Assembly: GCF_000341395.1 (NCBI RefSeq)
Contig: NC_020304.1
Span: 750,001-782,000 of the forward strand
DNA length: 32,000 nucleotides
Source of the DNA: Desulfocapsa sulfexigens DSM 10523
GTDB lineage: Bacteria > Desulfobacterota > Desulfobulbia > Desulfobulbales > Desulfocapsaceae
Direction: 5' to 3'
Below, one piece after another: positions 10,326 to 18,893 of this stretch. Each line of letters opens with the position of its first letter. The first letter of the stretch is position 1. The notes below the pieces were generated by a model. The model searched no databases and was not told where the DNA came from. It worked only from the letters and a program-made list of their open reading frames with translations. The position numbers and the translations under genes were made by a program.

Positions 10326-10361
10326 CCCCCCCCTTTTGATCAAATCAGTGGGGGGGGGGGG
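10326..10361. repeat. C8 ... G12 homopolymer pair forming a potential hairpin
   Basis: CCCCCCCC (10326-10333), then 16 nt containing the palindrome TTGATCAA, then GGGGGGGGGGGG (10350-10361). It lies ~150 bp upstream of the operon start. Confidence 0.7.
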
Positions 10362-10512
10362 AGCTTCCATGGTATACATTTAATAAAAGTGCCGACGTAT
10401 AAAGATACTGACGTTATTGACATTAAGTAAGAAATAGAACATTAACATATCTACATCAAAAAGCATCAAACGGAATAGTTTGGTAAAATTTTATAGAAAA
10501 TAAACACTATAT

Positions 10513-11631
10513 ATGTCAGCAAAAGTGAAGAATTCTCATATAAATATCAGCAAAGAATTACTTATAGAAAACTATATTTCTGATACAAGGCCATGGATTA
10601 TAGGGTACTCAGGAGGTAAAGATTCAACATTATTATTACAATTGGTTTTTGAAATCCTCTCTGACGATAGGGTTAATAATGAAAAGCCAATTCACATAAT
10701 AACCTCAGATACTGGCGTAGAACCGCCTAACATACTAACGCATGTCAAAGAAAACCTGGCAAATATTCAAACGTTTATCGACAAACAAAACTTACCAATC
10801 AATATCCATCAGGTAGTTCCCTCTTTAGATAACAAATTCTGGGTAAATCTCATTGGGAGAGGCTACCCTTCACCAACTAGATGGTTTCGCTGGTGTACAT
10901 CTAAAATGAAAATTAAGCCAACAAAAGGAATAATAGAGCAGTTGGTTGAACAACACGGTAGCACTATATTGCTACTAGGGACAAGAAAAGATGAGAGTCA
11001 AGCCAGAAAGCGTTCGATAGAAAAACGTGAGTATAGCACTAGAAGACTCAACCCTCATCATGAAATCAAAAACACACTAGTTTTGGCCCCCATTTCTGAC
11101 TGGACAACAGACGAAGTTTGGGAGTACCTGTTCAACGAACTTCCACCCTGGGGAGGGAATCATGATGTTCTTTTTGATCTGTACAAACAAGCAAATAGCG
11201 GTGAATGCCCCTTGGTTGTTGACCTTAACACCCCATCGTGCGGGGGAAGTCGATTCGGTTGCTGGACCTGTACCGTCGTTAAAACAGACAAGTCAATGGA
11301 AAGCTTCATCGAGCAGGGAGCCGTTTGGATGCAACCATTGAATAACTTTAGAAATTGGATTAAAGAGATTAGGGAAGATGAACATCGACGGAACCATTAC
11401 AGAAGAACTGGAGAACTGGGCAACGGCCCGTTCAATTCAACAACAAGACAAGAGATTCTAGAAAATTTACTTGATACTGAATCAAAATTACCCGACAACA
11501 TTGAATTAATTAGTGATGATGAAATTGTTCACATTCAAAAAATATGGACAGAAGAGTTTGATGTAATGAACTCTGCCTTAAAAATTGCCAACAAATTTAA
11601 AAGGCAACCAATGAAAAGAAGAAAAAAATAA
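10513..11631 (+). CDS. DndC/SspD-type PAPS-reductase-fold (PP-loop) DNA sulfur-modification protein
   Basis: 372 aa. It has the PP-loop YSGGKDST, then LIGRGYPSPTRWFRWCTSKMKIKP, and then ECPLVVDLNTPSCGGSRFGCWTCTVVKTDKSM. These are the motifs I associate with DndC. Confidence 0.85.
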   Translation: MSAKVKNSHINISKELLIENYISDTRPWIIGYSGGKDSTLLLQLVFEILSDDRVNNEKPIHIITSDTGVEPPNILTHVKENLANIQTFIDKQNLPINIHQVVPSLDNKFWVNLIGRGYPSPTRWFRWCTSKMKIKPTKGIIEQLVEQHGSTILLLGTRKDESQARKRSIEKREYSTRRLNPHHEIKNTLVLAPISDWTTDEVWEYLFNELPPWGGNHDVLFDLYKQANSGECPLVVDLNTPSCGGSRFGCWTCTVVKTDKSMESFIEQGAVWMQPLNNFRNWIKEIREDEHRRNHYRRTGELGNGPFNSTTRQEILENLLDTESKLPDNIELISDDEIVHIQKIWTEEFDVMNSALKIANKFKRQPMKRRKK

Positions 11632-11822
11632 TGGATAAAAAATATCTAACTAGAAAATTATCTGATCTTTCAAAAGATCACGATGTCCCTGAGTACCTTA
11701 TCCCTCAACTCATACATTTAATGGAGAGATATCCAAATATTGCAATACGAGGTGCGAAGTCTAGTTTAAAAACAGATATTGAGAAAATAATCACTAATGC
11801 AATGAAGGAAGGAAACTTATAG
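11631..11822 (+). CDS. 63-aa protein of unknown function, translationally coupled on both sides
   Basis: Its start overlaps the DndC-like stop (TAATG), and its stop overlaps the GTG start of the next gene. I recognised no motif. Confidence 0.4.
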   Translation: MDKKYLTRKLSDLSKDHDVPEYLIPQLIHLMERYPNIAIRGAKSSLKTDIEKIITNAMKEGNL

Positions 11823-13840
11823 TGCATATCATATCCATAACATTAAAAAATATTTTTTCTTATTATGGGGAAAAGATTTTTGACTTGTCACCCCCAAATA
11901 ATGGCAAAAAAAACATTGTCATTATACGAGGACGAAACAACCAAGGTAAAACAAGTTTTTTAAATAGCATCAAATTACTTTTTGGTGGCGTTTCTGAAGA
12001 TCTATTGCAAAAAGTACCGAGAGGGATAACGACAAAACAATACATCTATGGCGCAAGTGATAGATGGTGGGGAATATTGAATTATCGTGCCAAGGAAAAA
12101 GGAGTAAGTAACTGTTCAATTTCTATTAAATTATATACCGAAAACGGAGAGGCTTTAATAACCAGAAAGTGGTCAAATATTACCAATACTTCTTTCAATG
12201 AAATGGTCATGGTTGATGACCCTATTGAAGGTTATCTTGAAAATGATCAAGCGCAAGAGTATCTAAATCGAATATTACCTATTGAATATCTACCATTTTT
12301 CTTTTTTGACGGTGAAGAAGTACAACATCTTGCAGAAGCAAATACTAATCAAACCATCTCTAAAATGGAGCAATTGTTAAATATCCGGCCCGTTGAGAAT
12401 GTTTTGTCTGCAATAAAATCAGTAAAAGGGTCTTGGAAGAGTCAGAGCATGGACAGACATGCGGTAGCTGACTTGGAGAAAGCAAAGAATAAAAAACAAG
12501 AATTTATATCAGAAATAGCAGGACTAGAACAAGAAAAAGATGATCTCGAAAATGATTTAGCGGAAGAAGAGGAGGCCTTAAAACGAACCGAAAGGATGCT
12601 AGATATTATTGGCGGTCATACAGGTGTTGAAAATAGAGCAATATTAAAAACAGAAGTAAAGCATCTAGAGGAGACTCAAGATGAACTTTTCGCAAAAATA
12701 TCAGATTTTTTTGGTGGTGATGCTTTTCTTATGCTTAACCCTAAATTGATAGAAAAGTCACTTAAAATCATTCAAAAAAACATTCACAACTTCAACCAAC
12801 AACAACTCACTTTACTAGGTACTCTACAAAATCAGTTACCAATATTATTAGAACAGCCACCATATTCATCTCCTCCACTAACGACAAACCAAATTGCTTT
12901 CTATCAGCAACGAATAAAAAAGCAAATTGAAGTATTTCAACAACCAATAAATAGTGAAGAAACTTTTAATCTCGATCCATCCAGAGCTCAAAAACTTTAT
13001 GACACTCTCATAAGATATTCAGACGATCCTGATGCATTTTCTGAGTTAAGAAAGTTAGTATCAAAGGCAAGAAATATTCAAATTGCAATAAATCAAAAAA
13101 ATGATCTTCTAGACAATGCAAAACACCTTGCAGAAGAGGAGAAAAAACATTTTCAAGAGTTAAAAGAACAAGAGTCGATCATCAAAAAGACGTTATTTGA
13201 AATTAATGACAGTATAAGAGATAAAGATAGCCAAATAACTCAAATAGCTTCCAGCTTATCTGAAATAACTCAGAACATTAACCGTCTAGTTGATTCTGTA
13301 AAAGTCGCAGAAGACTATAGAGGTAGATATGACTTAGCAACCCGAACTCAAAATATGCTTGAAAGTTTTAAACATGACTTAAAGAAAGAAGCAAGAGAGC
13401 AACTTGAAATCGAAGTTAATAAGAATCTATCTACAATACTAGACTCCAACACATTAATTAATACAGTAAAAATTAGTGATGAATTCCTAATTACTTACCT
13501 AGATCAAAGGGGTAACTCTATCGGAATGGGTACAATTTCAGCGGGTATGAAACAAATCGCAGCAACTTCTCTTTTATGGGCTTTAAAAACAGTTTCAAAT
13601 AAAGAGTTTCCAGTAATTATAGACACTCCACTAGCTAGAATCGACGCACAACATCAAGCAAACTTACTGGAACGATACTACCCACACGCTAGCAAGCAAG
13701 TGATAATTCTGCCTACTGATTCTGAATTAGATGAATCTAAATCAAAGAAACTTCAAAAACACTGTTATAAAACATTTGAGCTGAAGAATCCCAGTGGTAC
13801 CAATACAGAAATAGTGACATTAGAGGTGCCCAATGGCTGA
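11822..13840 (+). CDS. DndD/SspC-type SMC-like ATPase
   Basis: 672 aa. It has an N-terminal Walker A (GRNNQGKTSF), a long charged coiled-coil middle, and a C-terminal FPVIIDTPLARIDAQHQANLLERYYPHASKQVIILPTDSEL, which matches the DndD C-terminal signature as I recall it. Confidence 0.8.
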   Translation: MHIISITLKNIFSYYGEKIFDLSPPNNGKKNIVIIRGRNNQGKTSFLNSIKLLFGGVSEDLLQKVPRGITTKQYIYGASDRWWGILNYRAKEKGVSNCSISIKLYTENGEALITRKWSNITNTSFNEMVMVDDPIEGYLENDQAQEYLNRILPIEYLPFFFFDGEEVQHLAEANTNQTISKMEQLLNIRPVENVLSAIKSVKGSWKSQSMDRHAVADLEKAKNKKQEFISEIAGLEQEKDDLENDLAEEEEALKRTERMLDIIGGHTGVENRAILKTEVKHLEETQDELFAKISDFFGGDAFLMLNPKLIEKSLKIIQKNIHNFNQQQLTLLGTLQNQLPILLEQPPYSSPPLTTNQIAFYQQRIKKQIEVFQQPINSEETFNLDPSRAQKLYDTLIRYSDDPDAFSELRKLVSKARNIQIAINQKNDLLDNAKHLAEEEKKHFQELKEQESIIKKTLFEINDSIRDKDSQITQIASSLSEITQNINRLVDSVKVAEDYRGRYDLATRTQNMLESFKHDLKKEAREQLEIEVNKNLSTILDSNTLINTVKISDEFLITYLDQRGNSIGMGTISAGMKQIAATSLLWALKTVSNKEFPVIIDTPLARIDAQHQANLLERYYPHASKQVIILPTDSELDESKSKKLQKHCYKTFELKNPSGTNTEIVTLEVPNG

Positions 13841-15314
13841 TATATATACCGACCAAATTGATGAGCAACTAATTTCTGATGTCCTTCATTATGGCTTTAA
13901 AACCAAAACAGCACCAAAATTAAGAGTACTCCGACTTGCGCTAGCAAAATCATTACAGATTACAACTCCCCCTAATTCTGACTTTGATAAAATACCTGAA
14001 AAAGGTTCTGAGTATAGTCTTAAACAAGTTACAGGCCGTGACTCTGAGAATGACCTTGATGATTCAGTTCGAGCTATGCTTTCAATTTATCATGAGGATG
14101 ATTTCTTTAACAAAGAGAAAGATTATCGAAAACATTTACAGCGACACATTAGAAGAGGATTAAAAGAGATAAGAACAAGCTGGGCAAGAGGACACGACTT
14201 TTCAAGCTACTTAGAACATGAACTCTTACCAAACCTGACAATTGATGATGATCTTGAAAGGAATACCTTATCAAACCAAAATCTTATCGATTCGCTAGAG
14301 GAAATTGGAGTCAATGGACGGATCAATGAAAGAGTTGAAGGATCTCGAATTAGTCGCTTCTTTCTCTATTTTGAAAATGCTAATGATTATGATCAATTAA
14401 AAAAAGGTTTAGGAAAATTAGCAATGCTTCTTGGTCTAGGTGACAAAGGAGTACTAATGCAACCCACGAATCAACCAAGAATAATTTCTCTTGATGTTCC
14501 CAGGGAGCAATCTAGTTGGAAAACAATTCAAGCATCATCGTTCTGGGACTGGACAAAAACAGATGAAATAAAGAAGTATGTTCTTCCAATATGGCTTGGA
14601 CAAGATGTTATTGGAGGCAACTACTCATTTGACTTACAGGAAGCACCCCATATTTTAGTGTCAGGAACAACAGGCAGCGGGAAAAGTGTTTGTTTACACA
14701 GTATAATATTGTCCCTACTAGCAACCTTGCCCAAAGGAGACATTGAATTAGCTCTTATTGACCCCAAAAGGGTTGAGTTTGTTAGATACGAGTCCACCTC
14801 CCAATTATATGAAGGAGGGGTTGTCTATTTAGTTGATCAGGCTGCTAATTTATTAGAGGAATTAGTTGATGAAATGGAAAGACGACATCAATTGATGTAT
14901 GAAGCGAATGTAACAAATTTATCAGAAGGGAGGGGTCAAAACAAAATAAACCTTCCATACATCGTTGTAGTAATAGAAGAACTCGCCGATCTATTAATGC
15001 AGTCTAGTGATATTGAAACCCCGTTAGTCAGGTTGGCCCAGAAAGCTCGATCCTGTGGTATTCACTTAGTTTTAGCTACTCAAAGACCGGATTCAACCAT
15101 ACTCACAGGGTTGCTCCGAAGTAATATACCTGGAAGAATTGCTCTTCGAGTACAAAAGCACACGGAATCAAATATTATTTTAGATGAAAAGGGGGCTGAG
15201 GCATTATTAGGAAGGGGAGATATGTTAGTAAAAATACCTCCCGATATTGCCCCCAAACGTGTTCATGGAGCAAAGTTGACGCAAGATGATTTAGAGCAAA
15301 TCAAACATGTTTAG
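13833..15314 (+). CDS. FtsK/SpoIIIE-type ATPase with an N-terminal, possibly DndE-like, domain
   Basis: 493 aa, overlapping the upstream gene by 8 nt. The C-terminal half has Walker A (VSGTTGSGKSV), Walker B (VVVIEELADL) and IHLVLATQRPDSTILTGLLRSNIPGRIALRV. The N-terminal ~120 aa (LRVLRLALAKSLQITTPP...GSEYSLKQVTG...VRAMLSIYH) resembles the DndE pattern from memory only. Confidence 0.7.
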   Translation: MADIYTDQIDEQLISDVLHYGFKTKTAPKLRVLRLALAKSLQITTPPNSDFDKIPEKGSEYSLKQVTGRDSENDLDDSVRAMLSIYHEDDFFNKEKDYRKHLQRHIRRGLKEIRTSWARGHDFSSYLEHELLPNLTIDDDLERNTLSNQNLIDSLEEIGVNGRINERVEGSRISRFFLYFENANDYDQLKKGLGKLAMLLGLGDKGVLMQPTNQPRIISLDVPREQSSWKTIQASSFWDWTKTDEIKKYVLPIWLGQDVIGGNYSFDLQEAPHILVSGTTGSGKSVCLHSIILSLLATLPKGDIELALIDPKRVEFVRYESTSQLYEGGVVYLVDQAANLLEELVDEMERRHQLMYEANVTNLSEGRGQNKINLPYIVVVIEELADLLMQSSDIETPLVRLAQKARSCGIHLVLATQRPDSTILTGLLRSNIPGRIALRVQKHTESNIILDEKGAEALLGRGDMLVKIPPDIAPKRVHGAKLTQDDLEQIKHV

Positions 15315-15326
15315 AGGATCTGTCTT

Positions 15327-16496
15327 ATGGATAGTGTAATAACGATTTATGATTTCAAGCTACTTGCATTAACAATTGATAGAATTGGTCCATTTCAAGA
15401 GAAACAATTTGAAATTGATTTTACTGATAAAAACAACAATCCCTGCAATTTTTATCTTTTTGTTTCTCGTAATGGGTCAGGCAAAACTACTATTTTCGAG
15501 ACCTTAACATCCTTATTAGGATTGTTAGACAACCCTTCTCCAACTGAATTTCACCAAGAAGACTTGGACCTAAATCAAGGGAGGGCTCAACTTGATATTT
15601 GGCTCAGACTCCGATGGCAAGGCAAAGAGCAAGCAATAGTTTTTTCGATCGTCGGAGGAAGAATAGGCGAAGAATTTTCATTCAAAGTTTGGGATAAAGA
15701 GACCTTAGAAGAATACAATGCAGAGAGTTGGCACCGAATCAGCTATATATCCCAAACTTCAGGTTCTATCAAGAAGCCAAGCCCAAGTTCAGAACTGGTT
15801 GAGACTCTACTTGCTGTTATACAAGCAGGAAAAAAGTCAACTCCAAGTGATTTTGGGGATAGCCAAATAGCTCTTCCTACAGTTTTATACTTTTCTGCGT
15901 ATCGAGATATTCCTGATATTACTGAAGAACCACATACAAAACCAAACTACTCTGCTAGAAGTATTACCCAACCTAAACACTGGTCTTATAATGCAAGTCA
16001 TCGGTTTGAACCGCACGACCAAAATTGGCATGGTTCTCTTGATAATCTACTAGTCTGGCTTAAATGGCTTAGTGATGGAAGATTTAAGAAAGCATGCGAT
16101 TTGATCAACTCCAAAGTGTTTGCCGGAACTGATAAATATCTAAAAGATGTCAGAAGAGACCCCCCGGAAGCTATTGTCTCATGCTCTACTGGAACTCACC
16201 GTCTTGACCGTTTGAGCAGTGGTGAAAAAAGCCTTGTTCACTTATTCCTCAGGCTTGGTTCTCATATGACCCAGCATACCATAGTAATAATAGATGAACT
16301 AGAGGCCCATTTGCATCCACGATGGCAGCATGCTCTATTTAAATCTCTTAAAGAATTCGCTTCAAGTAATAGCGGAATAACAATTTTATCCAGCACTCAC
16401 TCCACCGATATTCTACACACTTTTTCTGAAAGCATAGATATTCCAGAGAATGGGCTTATCAAGGGTGGCACAATCATTGATAAAGGTTTAAAATAA
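15327..16496 (+). CDS. ABC/AAA_21-type ATPase (AriA / OLD-ATPase-like)
   Basis: 389 aa. It has Walker A (SRNGSGKTT), an ABC-signature-like LSSGEKSL, and Walker B plus H-loop (IVIIDELEAHLHP). Confidence 0.75.
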   Translation: MDSVITIYDFKLLALTIDRIGPFQEKQFEIDFTDKNNNPCNFYLFVSRNGSGKTTIFETLTSLLGLLDNPSPTEFHQEDLDLNQGRAQLDIWLRLRWQGKEQAIVFSIVGGRIGEEFSFKVWDKETLEEYNAESWHRISYISQTSGSIKKPSPSSELVETLLAVIQAGKKSTPSDFGDSQIALPTVLYFSAYRDIPDITEEPHTKPNYSARSITQPKHWSYNASHRFEPHDQNWHGSLDNLLVWLKWLSDGRFKKACDLINSKVFAGTDKYLKDVRRDPPEAIVSCSTGTHRLDRLSSGEKSLVHLFLRLGSHMTQHTIVIIDELEAHLHPRWQHALFKSLKEFASSNSGITILSSTHSTDILHTFSESIDIPENGLIKGGTIIDKGLK

Positions 16497-16499
16497 CAG

Positions 16500-17372
16500 A
16501 TGGTTAGCTTCAAAGACATTCCTAATGATTTAGAAATCTCTTCACTATATGAGGGGGGCATCAAGGTCCTTGTTGAATCGAATGATGATTTAGTCATTTT
16601 AAGAGATAAATGGTTCTTCAATCATAAAGATAAATTGTGTTTTGAGAGTGTTAGTGATGAAGAAGGCAGCAGCGGAGGTTGCCAGGAAGTAATAGCTAAA
16701 GTAAAACGCTACAGACGAGCCCACACCACTGCTTTTGGTATTGTTGACAGGGATGTTCTTCTCAGTGATGAAGATCATAGAGATGATTTATGGTGGGAAA
16801 CTGATGATGAGAAATTTAGAGCATCTACGCCCTATGGTAATCAAATTTTTATATTAAGTCGCTGGGAAATTGAAAACTACTTACTCAAACCACTTGCAAT
16901 TAAAGCATTTGTTAAAGATAAGTTATGTTCTCCTGCGGCACCTCAACTAGAGACATCAGACTTTCTAGGGCAGGCTGATGATTTAATTGTAATTACTAGC
17001 CTGAGTACTATTGCCTCAGCTAAGTCTAATTCAGCACCTAAACCAAAGTGGGGGCTAGACAAGTCTGGGGCGGAATTAAAAAACTTAATTGCAACGGAAC
17101 TCAACGTGTCTATAGATGAAGTTGAGGAGCATTTTGAAAAAATCAAAACCTTTGCAACCACCCATAATGACGATGAGTGGGATGGATTAACGAGGTTATT
17201 AGATGGAAAACGTATCTTCCACAGACTTAACATCTACCTAAAAGAAAAATTTACTCTTAGAACTCTTGATTTACTTGAGGAAAAAGGTGTACTTGCCGGG
17301 TATGTGAATTCATATGATCAAATAGATAAGGAATTAAAACAAATGGTTGATGGTTTTCTTGCATCCCATTAA
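16500..17372 (+). CDS. DUF4435/TOPRIM-like protein (AriB / OLD-nuclease-like)
   Basis: 290 aa, starting 3 nt after the ATPase stop. VLVESNDD (TOPRIM Glu), FGIVDRDVLL (DxD) and WEIENYLL are the motifs I associate with DUF4435 partners of AAA_21 ATPases. Confidence 0.6.
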   Translation: MVSFKDIPNDLEISSLYEGGIKVLVESNDDLVILRDKWFFNHKDKLCFESVSDEEGSSGGCQEVIAKVKRYRRAHTTAFGIVDRDVLLSDEDHRDDLWWETDDEKFRASTPYGNQIFILSRWEIENYLLKPLAIKAFVKDKLCSPAAPQLETSDFLGQADDLIVITSLSTIASAKSNSAPKPKWGLDKSGAELKNLIATELNVSIDEVEEHFEKIKTFATTHNDDEWDGLTRLLDGKRIFHRLNIYLKEKFTLRTLDLLEEKGVLAGYVNSYDQIDKELKQMVDGFLASH

Positions 17373-18135
17373 CCAAATGTATGCTCCATATCATAGTAAA
17401 TTGAACACCAATACACCTAGACAAGTAACACCTGTAACAACTGTAAAACAATAATATACACACAATTAAAGTATATAATTTCAGTTAATTACAAAAGGAT
17501 ACTTCAAACTATCTTCTGAAATAATCAGTTGTTCGACTAGCTAATAATTCCTTTTCAATAGACCTTGTTTGTCTTGCGCTCAAATTGGCCTTCCTTTGGA
17601 ATCTCCTAAGCTTTTTACCCATTTTTATTGCTTCCTTACTATTATCCAGCCAGGCTCTTAACAATCCATAACTCGTTATCATTCTAGACAACAATTTGCT
17701 TTTCTCTTTACTCCTGTAAAAACTGAACATGATTTGTTCCAGCTTTTTTTGATCAATTTCAGGAATCTTCAAGTATCTATTTTGTAACATCAGGAATACT
17801 TCTTTCGAGGAAGAGATTTCGGATATATTTTCGATTTTGAGAACTCTTTTTATTGTGGCTTTTCCATGCAATGAGAATTCTATCCTGCATACCTTCCCTG
17901 CATCAGCGTCAGTCTCTATCTCTACAACCTTGCTATCCCCAACATATTCTCTCTGATAATTGTCGCTCCTTCTACCTTTCTCCTTTGCCTGCGTATTCCA
18001 GTGAATCCGGCCACCCAGTCCACTTGATTCCGGCCAGTAATTCCACGGCAAAGCGGCCACCCAGTCCAGAGGATTCCGGCCAGGGTGTCGGAGCGTAGCG
18101 ACGCGAATATTTCCTTCTTACTCTGTGTGTTGCTC

Positions 18136-18873
18136 TCACGTCAAGCGTGCTTTCTTTTTTCTCATAGATTCTCCTTTCAGTTTGATTTTGTGAGCGGCAT
18201 GTACCAGACGGTCAAGAATGGCGTCGGCTAAAGTCGGATCTCCGATCCGCTCATGCCAGTGCTCTACCGGTAATTGACTGGTTACCAAGGTAGATTTGAG
18301 GCCGTGTCTGTCTTCCAGTATTTCTAGTAAATCATGGCGTTGCTCCTGGTTGAGTGTGGCCAGTCCATAGTCATCAAGTACCAATAGATCTGTTTTTGAA
18401 TAGACAGTCAGTAACTTCAGATAACGGCCATCCCCCTTGGCAAGAGCCAGATCTTCAAAGAGTTTACTCAGACGGAGATAGAGAGCACTATAGCCTTCTC
18501 TGCATGCCTTTTGGGCCAAGGCACAGGCAAGATAGGATTTGCCGACTCCAGTGGGGCCGGTAATAAGCAGATTGGTATGTTCCTTTATCCAGTTGCAGTC
18601 AGCCAGCCTGGTTACCAGTGACCTATCCAGACCACGCGGATGACGGAAGTCTACATCCTCGATTGAGCCATCCTGCCGCAGCTTTGCCTTTCTGAGTCTG
18701 GTCTGAAGTTTTCTGGTTTCCCTGACCGCCTGCTCGCGGTCAAGTAACAGACCGAGGCGTTCTTCGAAACCCAGGTTATCTGCAGTGTCCATGTCCATCT
18801 GTTCCTGGAGTGCTGCGGCCATGCCGGTGAATCGAAGAGTTGTGAGTTTTTCAAGTGTTGGATGCAGAAGCAT
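18136..18873 (-). CDS. istB: IS21 helper ATPase IstB
   Basis: 245 aa. It has Walker A (GPTGVGKSY) and Walker B (LLVLDD), giving the typical IstB/DnaC-like layout. Confidence 0.9.
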   Translation of the reverse strand: MLLHPTLEKLTTLRFTGMAAALQEQMDMDTADNLGFEERLGLLLDREQAVRETRKLQTRLRKAKLRQDGSIEDVDFRHPRGLDRSLVTRLADCNWIKEHTNLLITGPTGVGKSYLACALAQKACREGYSALYLRLSKLFEDLALAKGDGRYLKLLTVYSKTDLLVLDDYGLATLNQEQRHDLLEILEDRHGLKSTLVTSQLPVEHWHERIGDPTLADAILDRLVHAAHKIKLKGESMRKKKARLT

Positions 18874-18893
18874 TTTATCGTTTCCTTTTTGTT

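Noticed and set aside
9945-10383. ORFs 9945-10169 (-), 10079-10339 (+) and 10195-10383 (+) in the hipA / DndC-like intergenic region
   Set aside because: They have no ribosome-binding sites or motifs and they mutually overlap. They run through the tRNA-end remnant and the C8/G12 tracts. The region is better explained as island-junction debris and regulatory DNA.
17990-18060. N-terminus (MAALPWNYWPESSGLGGRIHWNTQ) of ORF 17509-18060, and the C-terminal tail (…NAYSRRFRPPIPE) of ORF 20600-20899
   Set aside because: Both pieces are encoded by the IS21 terminal repeats. The ORFs are the two halves of a disrupted gene reading into or out of the IS, not independent genes.
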